DNA of 64,000 nucleotides from Cyanobacteria bacterium auto_48_18 (lineage in GTDB: Bacteria; Cyanobacteriota; Vampirovibrionia; Obscuribacterales; Obscuribacteraceae): NCBI GenBank assembly GCA_036170915.1, contig JAVHQC010000033.1, positions 64,001 through 128,000 on the forward strand. The letters are read 5' to 3'. The stretch's first letter is position 1; every line of letters begins with the position of its first letter. The position numbers and the translations under genes were made by a program. Under the pieces are notes generated by a model that was given only the letters and a program-made list of their open reading frames with translations, was not told the DNA's origin and made no database searches. Below, piece by piece: positions 8,925-18,981 of the stretch.

Positions 8925-10259
8925 TTTTTTGCGCGAGTAGTATTTCTGCGCTTCGGCATAGTGACCGAGATTTGATAACGAATGCCCCAGATCGTCTAAA
9001 GCTTGCTGCTTCAGCTGGACGTCTAAAATTTGTTCGAAATTAGGGGAGTCAACAACTGCTTTCAAGGTAGTTTCAGCCAGGCTGGCTTTCATCGATTTTG
9101 AATATACGCAGCCGAGTTCGCTTAAGAGCATTAAAGTACCAGGGGCGTTGCGGTCGCTAAAATCGGGGCTCTCGAGCGCTCCCTTCAACAACTCAATGGC
9201 TTTGTTGTGTTGGCCTAAAACCATCAATGTGTCTGACATGCGGCCATAAAATTCTGCCAGAGTGGTGGCAGTGTGATTTTTGTCTTTTTTGATCTCATCG
9301 ATGTCTTTCATGATTTTGGCCAGCTGCTTGTTGGCCGCATCGATTTTTTCTTGCGAGTCTGCCACAGTCGCACTGGTAGCCGCAGATGTAACTTGCGTAG
9401 AGTCTATGCTGGCGTCTGACTGCTGGTGATAGTTATAGTCAAAACTAAAAGTCAAATTGAGCTGGTCGTCATCAGCTTTTGAATTGATATCGGCAAAAGG
9501 CTGAGCGGCAATAACGGCGTCGATAGCGGCTTGATCGTTAGCTGCGTTTTTTGACGAATCAATCATGTGCACGTCTTTTACGTAACCATGGTCAACCACC
9601 ATAAAGGCCACGTTCGAACTGTAACTATACTGGCTCCGTGGTGGCTTCCATGCAGCTTTAATTTTGCGACTCATTTGTGAGAGGAAGGCATCAATAATGC
9701 CCTGCCCTTCACTGCGGTACTGAATGGCTTCCTCTTTCTGGCCCATTTTATCCATCAGGTCAGCGAGGAAATTTAAGCGCATACCCAGCAGTGGATGGTT
9801 ATGACTGAAGACAACTTCAGACAGGGCCACGCTTCTTTTAATGAGAGGCAAGGCTTCGTCAAAGCGCTTTTGTTCTACCAGAGTCTCAGCCAGGTCATTT
9901 AAACAAATGGCTACGGTGCCATCGTTCTCAGTAGCTAAACTCTCTGCCAGCCCCAAGGCTTTTCTGTCGAGCTCTTCGGCTTTTTTGTAATCTTTGCGAT
10001 AAAAATAAACCGCGGCCAGAGCAGTGAGAGCTTTTCTCACGCGCTTTTTGTCATCTGAATTTTCAGCCTGACTCTGTAATTCTAAAAATATTTTCTCGGC
10101 CTGGTCATATTGTTTGTCGTCTCGCAACTCGCGGGCGTGTCTCAGTGAGTCATCCCAATTCTTACTGTCGCCTTCGCTCATGGCCGCAAAGGCTGGACCT
10201 GCAAATGATATGAATAATCCGGCTAGAGTTATGAGGGTTATTGTCGAGCTGAATTTCAT
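8913..10259 (-). CDS. Secreted TPR protein with a central TonB C-terminal-like domain
   Basis: Signal peptide ending PAFA; TPR repeats (LNDLAETLVEQKRFDEALPL); KIKAAWKPP...SSKNAANDQAAIDAVIAAQPF matches the TonB_C/TolA-like pattern. Confidence 0.75.
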   Translation of the reverse strand: MKFSSTITLITLAGLFISFAGPAFAAMSEGDSKNWDDSLRHARELRDDKQYDQAEKIFLELQSQAENSDDKKRVRKALTALAAVYFYRKDYKKAEELDRKALGLAESLATENDGTVAICLNDLAETLVEQKRFDEALPLIKRSVALSEVVFSHNHPLLGMRLNFLADLMDKMGQKEEAIQYRSEGQGIIDAFLSQMSRKIKAAWKPPRSQYSYSSNVAFMVVDHGYVKDVHMIDSSKNAANDQAAIDAVIAAQPFADINSKADDDQLNLTFSFDYNYHQQSDASIDSTQVTSAATSATVADSQEKIDAANKQLAKIMKDIDEIKKDKNHTATTLAEFYGRMSDTLMVLGQHNKAIELLKGALESPDFSDRNAPGTLMLLSELGCVYSKSMKASLAETTLKAVVDSPNFEQILDVQLKQQALDDLGHSLSNLGHYAEAQKYYSRKKGSN

Positions 10260-10309
10260 GGCTTCACTGTTTGGGAGTTATCTATCTTCTGTCTGTGCAT
10301 TATAGAACT

Positions 10310-11479
10310 TCAAGCTTTGACTAGACGTACTTTTAATACACCTTCGATTTTGCTGATACTTGTCAATACGTCTTCGGTGACGTCGCTCTCGCAATCGATT
10401 AACGTGCAGGCAATATCGCCCCGTGAGCGGTTCAACATATCAAGAATATTGATATTGGCATTGGAAACAGCAGCTGAGATGCGTTCGATCATGTGAGGAA
10501 TATTGGCATTCGCAATTATCAGGCGATTGTTCAATTGTCCTGGCAGTGACATTTCGGGGAAATTGACTGAATTATGAATGGTGCCTTTTTCAAGGTAGTC
10601 ACGAATTTGTTCTGCCACCATGATGGCGCAGTTTTCTTCTGCTTCTTCTGTGGAGGCGCCAAGGTGAGGCAGTGTGATTACCCGTTCTTGATCTTTCAGT
10701 TGATTGCTCGGGAAGTCACAAACATAAGCGCGCACTCGACCACTCTTAATGGCGTCAGAGACTGCCTTCTCATCAACAATGGCTGAGCGGGAAAAGTTTA
10801 AAATAGTGATGCCTTCTCGACATTTTGCCAGCCGGCGAGCATCGAGTAAGTTTTTCGTGTCTTCTAAAAGCGGCACGTGCAGCGTTATAAAATCTGAAAG
10901 GGCAAGCACTTCGGTGACACTGGCCAGAGATTTTACTTCTGATTGCAGCTGCCAGGCATTGCTGACTGTGATGTGCGGGTCGTAACCGACTACTTTCATA
11001 CCTAAAGAAAATGCGGCGTTAGCTACTCTAACGCCAATGGCACCAAGGCCAACAACTCCCAGCGTACGTCCTGCCAGCTCGATACCAACAAAGCGTTTTT
11101 TCTCAGATTCTACTTGCTTGTCAATTTCAGAATCAGTACCGCTCAGGCTGCGGCTGAAATCCCACGCTGGGCCAATCTGGCGCGCTGCCATCATCATGCC
11201 GGCAATCACTAGTTCTTTAACAGCATTGGCATTGGCGCCTGGTGTGTTGAAAACGGGCACACCGAGCGCGCTGTATTTATCTACTGGAATATTATTGAAA
11301 CCGGCTCCTGCTCTGCCTATGGCTTTGACGCTGGGTGGAATGTTCCATTCATGCATACTGGCCGAACGCAAGAGTACAGCGTCAGGGTTTTGCATTTCAG
11401 AAGAAATCTCATAACGTTCACGCGGAAGGCGCTCAAGGCCTGCCACCTTAATATTATTGAGATTGAGAATTTTATACAT
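10310..11479 (-). CDS. serA: D-3-phosphoglycerate dehydrogenase with ACT domain
   Basis: RAGAGFNNIP, NTPGANANAVKEL, GVVGLGAIG, PHLGASTEEAEENCA; directly downstream of serC. Confidence 0.93.
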   Translation of the reverse strand: MYKILNLNNIKVAGLERLPRERYEISSEMQNPDAVLLRSASMHEWNIPPSVKAIGRAGAGFNNIPVDKYSALGVPVFNTPGANANAVKELVIAGMMMAARQIGPAWDFSRSLSGTDSEIDKQVESEKKRFVGIELAGRTLGVVGLGAIGVRVANAAFSLGMKVVGYDPHITVSNAWQLQSEVKSLASVTEVLALSDFITLHVPLLEDTKNLLDARRLAKCREGITILNFSRSAIVDEKAVSDAIKSGRVRAYVCDFPSNQLKDQERVITLPHLGASTEEAEENCAIMVAEQIRDYLEKGTIHNSVNFPEMSLPGQLNNRLIIANANIPHMIERISAAVSNANINILDMLNRSRGDIACTLIDCESDVTEDVLTSISKIEGVLKVRLVKA

Positions 11480-11519
11480 GATGATTCCTAATAACTACTT
11501 ACTATTGAATATTTGCTGC

Positions 11520-12641
11520 TTACTTTATTTTGTGTGCGGCTTCGAATTCGCTCATAAATTTGGTCAGCGCAGTCACAGCTTCAAGTGTGACTGCGTTATA
11601 GAGACTGGCGCGCATACCACCCACAGCTCTGTGTCCGGCTAGACCGAGCAAGCCTGCAGCGGTAGCTTCTTGTAAAAATTGTTTTTCCAGTGCTGCATCT
11701 TTGAGAGTAAATGGAATATTCATGCGTGAGCGGCAGGAAACAGCAACCGGATTATCATAAAAATCTGATTGATCAATTGTGGAATAAAGCAGCTTCGCTT
11801 TTCTATCATTGAGATCAGCAATGGCTTCCACTCCGCCTTGTTGCTTGAGCCATTTTAAAACCAGCCCGGCGATATACCAGCCATAAGTCGGTGGAGTATT
11901 AGCCATAGAACCATTGGCGGCCAGTGTTTTGTAGTCAAACAGCGATGGTGCAAATGGCACCACGTGACCAAGCAAATCATCGCGCACAATGACAATAGTC
12001 AAACCGGATGGACCAATATTTTTTTGCGCGCCTGCATAAATAAGGGCAAATTTGCTCACATCAACTGGTTGCGACAAAATATTTGAAGACATGTCGCTAA
12101 CTAGAAGAGTGTCTGCAGCCACTGTGGGAGTCTGATGAAACTCAACACCATGAATGGTTTCATTGGCGGTGTAATGCAGATACGCACTGTCGCCTGCATA
12201 TTGCCATGATGATTGCTCAGGTATGTCTCTATATTTAGTGCTTTCACCTGAAGCCACGACATTGACCTGGCAATATTTTTTCGCTTCAGCAATGGCGCGC
12301 TCTGACCAGAAACCAGTATTGACGTAGTCGGCAGAATTTTTTCCGCGCAGCAAATTAAAGGGCACCATGGCAAACTGGCTGGTGGCACCACCTTGCAAAA
12401 ACAGCACTTTATAATTTGCAGGAATCTTGAGCAATTGACGCAGGTCGGCTTCGCTCTCCTCGGCAATCTGGGCAAATTCTTTGCCACGATGGCTCATTTC
12501 CATTACTGACATGCCGCTGCCGTGCCAGTCGAGCATTTCTTCTTGCGCCACCTTTAAGACTGAAGCTGGTAAGGCAGCTGGGCCGGCACCAAAGTTGTGA
12601 GGGCGCAGTTCTAGATTTGTGTTGGTTTTAACGGCAGCCAT
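11520..12641 (-). CDS. serC: Phosphoserine aminotransferase
   Basis: NFGAGPAALP, EMSHRG, FLQGGA, YAGAQKNIGPSG, GHRAVGGMRAS. Confidence 0.97.
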   Translation of the reverse strand: MAAVKTNTNLELRPHNFGAGPAALPASVLKVAQEEMLDWHGSGMSVMEMSHRGKEFAQIAEESEADLRQLLKIPANYKVLFLQGGATSQFAMVPFNLLRGKNSADYVNTGFWSERAIAEAKKYCQVNVVASGESTKYRDIPEQSSWQYAGDSAYLHYTANETIHGVEFHQTPTVAADTLLVSDMSSNILSQPVDVSKFALIYAGAQKNIGPSGLTIVIVRDDLLGHVVPFAPSLFDYKTLAANGSMANTPPTYGWYIAGLVLKWLKQQGGVEAIADLNDRKAKLLYSTIDQSDFYDNPVAVSCRSRMNIPFTLKDAALEKQFLQEATAAGLLGLAGHRAVGGMRASLYNAVTLEAVTALTKFMSEFEAAHKIK

Positions 12642-12768
12642 AGATACCTCTTGGTAAGCTGCGAAAAGCGAGAAAATTCTCAGCGCTTTTAGCTATGCGA
12701 TCGTCTCGCACCTTGGCCTCGAAGGGAAGGGTTTATGAATAACTAGAGGCTAAAATTCACGGTTTTTC

Positions 12769-14298
12769 TTAAAAAGAATTGCTGGGAATGGGCGCCACTT
12801 TTGCAGTCTCGATGGCTGCTGGTACTGCTGGTGGTGGTGCTGCAATCACCGTTGTCGGGCTAACTACCACCACAAAATCAGAAAGCGCGCGCGCTTCAAG
12901 GTGAACTACCACGGCGTAACTTTCAAGTTCAGGCACCGCTTCTTTTAATTTGGCTACAAAGTCATCGTCGGCGCGATAACTCGATTCTATTACTTGCTCA
13001 TGCTGGCAGTCAGCCAGATCGCCACGCTGTTGATATTTGACCACATAGCCTTTTTCTTTCAGGCGTCCTTCTAAGTTTTTTGCTGCCGATTCTCCGCCTT
13101 TGGCGTATTTGATAATCACTGACGGCGCTTTAGCTGCATAGGCGGCGGCGTATTCGGCAGTCAAATCATCGTTGGTTGCGGTGGTCTCACTGGCCAATGC
13201 TTCGTCGCTGGGGTGGCCATGAATAGTGGCTCCGGTGTTTGCTGCAATCACACTAACAGACTGCGGTGCGCCCGCCAAGCGATGAAGCACAAGCGCGCTT
13301 GCTTCTGGCTGCGGCACCCAATAACTGCCACCACTGATAGTGACCGCTTCGCCCGGTAACATGGCAGTCTGAATTTTATTCGGTTGAATTTGTTTGCTGA
13401 ATCCGGCAACTTTGAGCATGTCTTGCACAGTTAGATCGGTGCGCACATACTCTTTTGCCAGTTTGCAGAGTTCTGGCAATTTGAGCAATACTTGTGGTTC
13501 TTCAAGCTTCTTTTTCACCTGGCGCATGAACCACTGTTGTCTTTCAATGCGGCCAATATCACCCTTTGCGTCATGGCGATAGCGCACATATTCTTCCAAC
13601 TGGGCAGCATCTAATTTATTTACGCCAGGTTCAAGCGCGATATTCAAACGACCGGCGCGATCTCTGTAGTGCATGGGTTTTTCGATCAAAATTTCTACTG
13701 GGCCCAATACTTCGAAAACTTTTTTCAGACCTTGCACGTCAATGACAATATAGTGATCAACAGGCACTCCAAAATCTTCGCTTACAGTTTTCACTGCTAG
13801 TTCTGGCCCACCAATGGCATGGGCCGCGTTAATTTTTTCCACGCCATGGTTGTCGGCAATGCGTACGCGTGAATCGCGAGGAATAGAAACCAGCGATACT
13901 TTTTTGCTGTCAGGATCGAGGCTGGCGAGCATCATCGTGTCGGAGCGGCAACCGGTAAAGCGCTCAGTGTCGCGGCCGTTGCTGTCCACACCCATGAGCA
14001 GCACGTTCATGCGGCTGTCGAGCTTGGGCCAGAGGCTGAAATCATTCAGGTCAATCGCTTTGTTGGTGGGCTTTGTTTCGGCAACTGTTTGAGTTTGTGC
14101 CAGGTTAGACGTTTTGTCACCGCCGCTTAATGGTGTTTTGCCATAGAAGGTTTTGATGCCGTCCATAGCCACCAGGCCGATTCCAACCCCAAGGGCTGTG
14201 GCCAGGACCACTTGAAATATCGATAATTGTTTTCCGCCAGCGTTCAAAAAATTGCCCCGACCTGTCCACAAACTATGCCACTGACCTGTACGTGGCAT
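12769..14298 (-). CDS. LytR-CpsA-Psr (LCP) family glycopolymer transferase with LytR_C-like C-terminus
   Basis: N-terminal TM; NVLLMGVD, RSDTMML, SIPRDS, KINAA, RYRHD.GDIGRIERQQ. Confidence 0.9.
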   Translation of the reverse strand: MPRTGQWHSLWTGRGNFLNAGGKQLSIFQVVLATALGVGIGLVAMDGIKTFYGKTPLSGGDKTSNLAQTQTVAETKPTNKAIDLNDFSLWPKLDSRMNVLLMGVDSNGRDTERFTGCRSDTMMLASLDPDSKKVSLVSIPRDSRVRIADNHGVEKINAAHAIGGPELAVKTVSEDFGVPVDHYIVIDVQGLKKVFEVLGPVEILIEKPMHYRDRAGRLNIALEPGVNKLDAAQLEEYVRYRHDAKGDIGRIERQQWFMRQVKKKLEEPQVLLKLPELCKLAKEYVRTDLTVQDMLKVAGFSKQIQPNKIQTAMLPGEAVTISGGSYWVPQPEASALVLHRLAGAPQSVSVIAANTGATIHGHPSDEALASETTATNDDLTAEYAAAYAAKAPSVIIKYAKGGESAAKNLEGRLKEKGYVVKYQQRGDLADCQHEQVIESSYRADDDFVAKLKEAVPELESYAVVVHLEARALSDFVVVVSPTTVIAAPPPAVPAAIETAKVAPIPSNSF

Positions 14299-14600
14299 TC
14301 AGCGCCAGCGTTTATTTACAACCGCATAGAGACAATATTAGCCTGCATGCAATGCAAACAGATTAGCTATACTGGGTTTCTGCAAACATTTGAGCTAGAT
14401 TTTACCGGTTGTTAGCAGAGGAGTGGCTCAGTGCTTTTATTACCAGCCAGTGCGGCACTTTCCAGAAAGTGTTCAAACATAGCCTGGGGCGCAATTCAGA
14501 GCGCAATTGAGCAAACTAAAGCATTAATTGACCTGCCTGGAGATTCCAAGCGGTTGTCACGCAATGTTAAGGGCGGATATTTGGGCGAAAGGCGGCAACT

Positions 14601-15872
14601 GTGCAAGTGGTAACCGCAACTGACAAGTCAGGCGACAAGGAACGGCTATTTGGCCCCAGCGGCTTTATGGAGCTGGGTGGCAATGTTCTGGTGGTCGATT
14701 TTGGCAAGGTATTTCTTGAAGATACGGTAGTCGGCTTTCTTTACGAAGACGGTTTGCTTAAAAACGGCAGCTCGCAAGAGGCCGAAGATTCACAGTGGCG
14801 GCTCATAGATGACCTGGAAGGCTGTGTTTTCCGGGGTATCGATTCTCGCGGCGTGGAGCTGGTTATTCCCAGTTCTGAATATGGCGGCCCCACCGGCAAG
14901 TTGCAATACAACGGCCAGAATTACAATGTTTTAAACGGTCGCATTGCTACTGAAGAGCACGAACTGGTAGGCGAATTTGACGACACCGGTAAAGTTACCG
15001 TGCGCGATCACCATACAAAAATAGCCCGTCGGGAGCTCGATGAGAGTGCCACGCTAAATTTATATTTTGATGGTGTGCGTTCAGATGGTTCACCATGGAG
15101 ATACGAGTGGGCACGTCCCCTTGTGCGAAAAGACAAATCTTATGGAGAGAACGAAATTATTCGTTATTTCCAAGATTTCGATAAGCTCAATATGAATCAG
15201 AAAAAGTATGTGGTAGACAGCCTCAACATTTGGGCTACTAGCGGCATTCTGCAAGTGGTGCGGAAAAGCGAAGGTAATGCTGCTCTCGGTAACGTCAAAC
15301 ACGGCGCCGCTGGTGTCACTCGGGTTAGATCGGGCATGGTCGATTTAGATGTAGAAGAATTTGATCGAGACATCGATTTGTTCAAAAGATTCGGCGCACT
15401 GGCTGTAGTATCAACACGGGTACAGCCTTATGTCGAAGTACGCATCAATCTTGTGGTATCACATGAATTTGGACACCAGTTGCAATTTTGTCTGTCGCAG
15501 GCCTTGCAAGATCGCATCAACGAGCTCTACGTGGCCAGGCTGAAGAGATCAGTCAAAATGTGTCCCATTCCTACTTCTTATGAAGGTGGTTCAGAAATCT
15601 GCCGCCCCGAATATGTGCCTAATCGCATGTTTATTTCGGGTTACGCTAAAGCGAGTAAATTTGAATATTGGGCCGAAAGCGTGGCGGCTTTTTCAGTGCC
15701 TGAGAGTCGCAAACTATTAAAAGAACTTGATCCTGCCATTCACCGAATTCTCACAGAAGTAGTGCACCATCCAGAAACCGCATTCACTCCCATTTTGACT
15801 GAGCCAATTCTTGATCTGCAAGCGAGTTTGAGGCTCGGCGGTGAGTTCAAAGAGGATTTGCTTACTTGCTAA
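14601..15872 (+). CDS. Putative zincin (gluzincin-like) metallopeptidase
   Basis: VSHEFGH motif plus downstream ISGYA...EYWAES third-ligand motif. Confidence 0.65.
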   Translation: MQVVTATDKSGDKERLFGPSGFMELGGNVLVVDFGKVFLEDTVVGFLYEDGLLKNGSSQEAEDSQWRLIDDLEGCVFRGIDSRGVELVIPSSEYGGPTGKLQYNGQNYNVLNGRIATEEHELVGEFDDTGKVTVRDHHTKIARRELDESATLNLYFDGVRSDGSPWRYEWARPLVRKDKSYGENEIIRYFQDFDKLNMNQKKYVVDSLNIWATSGILQVVRKSEGNAALGNVKHGAAGVTRVRSGMVDLDVEEFDRDIDLFKRFGALAVVSTRVQPYVEVRINLVVSHEFGHQLQFCLSQALQDRINELYVARLKRSVKMCPIPTSYEGGSEICRPEYVPNRMFISGYAKASKFEYWAESVAAFSVPESRKLLKELDPAIHRILTEVVHHPETAFTPILTEPILDLQASLRLGGEFKEDLLTC

Positions 15873-17431
15873 AGAGATACGCGCCTTTGCTTTGCATCAT
15901 GCTGTTGCAAGCGCTTAATCAGATGCCGCTTTTTGCCGCTTCGAATGGTGCGAAACCGGTATTGAAAGCCATTGACCCTTCGGCGGCGATTTTAGACGCG
16001 CCACCACCACCAGAGGCACAGAAGCCGGCGGTAAACACACCGATTCAGGGGCGCCCCTTGAACGGTCTGCAGCCTCAAACGCCTATGCTTGATCAATTGC
16101 CTCAAGAGCCAGTGAACCCTGCCGATGAAGAACGTGTCAGTCGATTAGAAAGACAGGCCTTTGGCAGTACTTATCCGGAACACGAAGTACCAGACCGCCT
16201 TGAACATCTGGAAAAAGAAGTTTTAGGTGGAAGCAAGGGTGGGCAGTCGGTCGAGCGCATCGCCAGGCTGGAACAAAAATTACTGGGTGGTAGCGCTTTT
16301 GGTGGCAGCCCGCATCAACCGCCTGGTAATGCATACACTGCTGTGCCTATCGGTCAGGGTTACCCGGCGCCAATTGCGGTGCTGCCTCCGCAGCCAATTC
16401 AGCAACCTTATCAGCAGCCTATGCAGCAATCAACGCCTCAGCAGGCTCCTCAGCAGCCGCTGCAGCAATCACCGCTGCAACAGCCTTATCAGCAGCCGCT
16501 GCAGCAATCACCGCTGCAACAGCCTTATCAGCAGCCGTTGCAACAATCACCGCTTCAGCAGCCTTATCAGCAGCCAATTCAACAACAACCGGCAGCTCAT
16601 TCACCAATTGCCACCAAGCATCTGCCTCCGGGTCAGGTTGCTCTGCCGCAAAATTGGAATAGTCAACCTAATTTTTCCCCTCGGGCTTACGTGCAGCCCA
16701 AACAAAACACCGCTGGCCCGGTCCCATCACCCACGCCAAATTATGATGTAAGTTCGCCGCCGCGCTCCATGGGACTGACCATCGATGCGGCTGCTGTAGC
16801 GAATTCTCTCAATTATGATCAAGGCAGCGGTGATTATCTCTCTGCCATCAAACGCTTTAATACTGCCAGTGGTGCTGCTACTTACGCTCACTGGTTGCGC
16901 TTTCCTGTAAAAGTGCGCTTGCCCGCTGGCTCTCCAGAGTCGTGGCAACGTAATTTAGAAGCTGTCATAGCCAGGTGGGATCAATACGTACCAGTTAAAA
17001 TTGCGTTGCCCAACGAGCCTGCTAACGTAGACGTTTTGTGGGTAAATCAGCTGCCACCAAAAGCGCTTGGTGTGACCAGACTAGGAATTGCTGGTGGTCA
17101 AATGCGAGTGTGGGTTTATTTATTGCGTCCCAGTTTCTATCCGAATGCGATTGCTGAACGTACTTTACCTTTAGTTTTTACTCGCGAAATTGGTCATGCT
17201 CTGGGGCTTTTCGGCAAGTCTGATAAGTTGTCAGATTTGATGTACGCTTCAGATAGCGGCAGCTCTAACACAAATGCAGCCTCTCCGCCGGTGGCAGGAA
17301 AAGCTGCATCAGTAAAATTTGCACCCATCGGCCAGCGTGATATCAACACGTTAAAGCGTCTCTATGAGTCGCCGGTGGTGCCGCCCGATCTTAGCCTGCA
17401 GCAACCACTAGAGTGGGCTACCAGTTATTGA
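15866..17431 (+). CDS. Secreted Pro/Gln-repeat protein with a degenerate matrixin-like domain
   Basis: Signal peptide; R(L/I)xRLE repeats; Pro/Gln linker; C-terminal REIGHALGLFGKS...DLMY...RDINTLKRLY. Confidence 0.7.
   Translation: MLKRYAPLLCIMLLQALNQMPLFAASNGAKPVLKAIDPSAAILDAPPPPEAQKPAVNTPIQGRPLNGLQPQTPMLDQLPQEPVNPADEERVSRLERQAFGSTYPEHEVPDRLEHLEKEVLGGSKGGQSVERIARLEQKLLGGSAFGGSPHQPPGNAYTAVPIGQGYPAPIAVLPPQPIQQPYQQPMQQSTPQQAPQQPLQQSPLQQPYQQPLQQSPLQQPYQQPLQQSPLQQPYQQPIQQQPAAHSPIATKHLPPGQVALPQNWNSQPNFSPRAYVQPKQNTAGPVPSPTPNYDVSSPPRSMGLTIDAAAVANSLNYDQGSGDYLSAIKRFNTASGAATYAHWLRFPVKVRLPAGSPESWQRNLEAVIARWDQYVPVKIALPNEPANVDVLWVNQLPPKALGVTRLGIAGGQMRVWVYLLRPSFYPNAIAERTLPLVFTREIGHALGLFGKSDKLSDLMYASDSGSSNTNAASPPVAGKAASVKFAPIGQRDINTLKRLYESPVVPPDLSLQQPLEWATSY
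16451..16567 (+). repeat. Intragenic 39-bp tandem repeat (x3) encoding QQPLQQSPLQQPY
   Basis: Units 1 and 2 are identical; unit 3 differs only synonymously. Confidence 0.9.
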
Positions 17432-17985
17432 ATGGCCTGTACTTTGTAGTCTTTGGGAATGGCAAAGAGCGAAGGCGCCGGGGCATTGTTGTTGGCGCTG
17501 ACCAGGGTCATGCTGGTGGCAATGTTGCCGGTTTTGCTATTGCTTTTGACTAAAAGTTGATTGGCCTCATCTATCCACATTTCAATGGTGGTGCCTTTTT
17601 CAGTATAGCTACAACCATGACAGTTACGACCAGCAATATTTTTCATGCCCAGATCTTTAGCTTTTTTTGTCTTCAGAACCTCACCGACACTGCCGACATA
17701 AGCGTCTTTAATAGGCATTTTCATCACGGTTTTTTGAGCGTCCATAATGGCATAAGTGGTTTTGGCCGGATAATCCATAATGGAAACGATTTTATAAGCG
17801 GCAGCTTTACTTTCAGAACGAATTTTACCTTTGCCGTCTGAAGTCATACGCACGGAGGTTTTAGTGGCGCCATTCTGGCATTCGTAATTGGCATCGTAAA
17901 CTTTTGGATACTGGTCCGCGGCCTGTGCGGCGCTCATACCTATAAATGAAATCAGGGCCAGGCTGACTGAAGCGAACACTTTCAT
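17425..17985 (-). CDS. Secreted protein, DUF4412/LolA-like fold
   Basis: Signal peptide ending AAQA; LGMKNIAGRNC and PAPSLFAIPKDYK C-terminal pattern. Confidence 0.6.
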   Translation of the reverse strand: MKVFASVSLALISFIGMSAAQAADQYPKVYDANYECQNGATKTSVRMTSDGKGKIRSESKAAAYKIVSIMDYPAKTTYAIMDAQKTVMKMPIKDAYVGSVGEVLKTKKAKDLGMKNIAGRNCHGCSYTEKGTTIEMWIDEANQLLVKSNSKTGNIATSMTLVSANNNAPAPSLFAIPKDYKVQAIQ

Positions 17986-18126
17986 ACGATACTCCTCACG
18001 AAAAATACATTTACAAAGCGCGTTGAGAATACCATTCTTCCTTTAGAAATGCTCATATGTCTAATATGTGGAAGGAAAAGAGGGAAAATTAGCGCTACGG
18101 CTAATCTAGATGAAGGAAACAAATAA

Positions 18127-18981
18127 ATGGTGATTCCGGCAAAAGCGAAAGTGCAAGAGCTGACCATTGCGCACAGCCCTGATACTGATGATGCCTTTAT
18201 GTTTTACGGCCTGCACTCGGGCAAAGTGCCTACTGCCGGCATTAAAGTAAACCAGGTGATGAAAGACATTCAGACCCTTAATCAAGAGGCGCTTCAGGGC
18301 CTTTATGAGGTTTCTGCTATTTCTTTTGCTGCTTATCCGCGAGTGCGTCACCTGTACAAATTGCTTTGCTGTGGGTCGAGCATGGGCGAAAACTACGGCC
18401 CAATGGTTGTGGCACCACCTGGCACCACAAGAGATGATCTGAATAATCTGACGGTGGCAATACCTGGATTCGAAACCTCGGCGTATTTGACTATGCGACT
18501 CTGGCAGCCGAATCTTCAAGTTGTAGAAGTACCTTTCGACCAAATTGTCGAGCAAGTATTGAGCGGTAAAGTGGGAGCAGGCCTGATAATTCACGAAAGC
18601 CAACTGACTTATGCCCAAGAAGGATTAACTAAAATAGTTGATCTAGGCGTATGGTGGCAGGAAGAAACCGGCTTGCCATTGCCGCTTGGTGGCAATGCGG
18701 TGCGCAAAGATCTTGGCGACCAAATGATGCAAGAGGCCGCCAATTTGTTTAAGAGCTCAGTAGTTTATGCACTAGAGCATCGCAACGACGCCCTTGCCTA
18801 TGCCATGTCTTTTGCTCGCGATATGGACCTTGCTACCGCTGATAAATTTGTCAGCATGTATGTCAGTGATTTAACTGTTGATTGCGGCGAAAAAGGGCGA
18901 GAGGCCGTGCGATTATTTTTCCAGAAGGCATATGAGCAGGGTATCTACGACGAGTTGATTGTGCCTGAGTTTGTCATTTAG
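18127..18981 (+). CDS. mqnD: 1,4-dihydroxy-6-naphthoate synthase (futalosine menaquinone pathway)
   Basis: HSPDTDDAFMFY, DIQTLN, YGPMVV, GLIIHE, DLGVWWQEETGLPLPLG. Confidence 0.9.
   Translation: MVIPAKAKVQELTIAHSPDTDDAFMFYGLHSGKVPTAGIKVNQVMKDIQTLNQEALQGLYEVSAISFAAYPRVRHLYKLLCCGSSMGENYGPMVVAPPGTTRDDLNNLTVAIPGFETSAYLTMRLWQPNLQVVEVPFDQIVEQVLSGKVGAGLIIHESQLTYAQEGLTKIVDLGVWWQEETGLPLPLGGNAVRKDLGDQMMQEAANLFKSSVVYALEHRNDALAYAMSFARDMDLATADKFVSMYVSDLTVDCGEKGREAVRLFFQKAYEQGIYDELIVPEFVI

Noticed and set aside
16227..16751. Alternative-frame repeat ORFs (SSRCSNHRC and AAADKAVAAV units)
   Set aside because: These are frame shadows of the QQPLQQSPLQQPY repeat, whose variation is synonymous in the main frame
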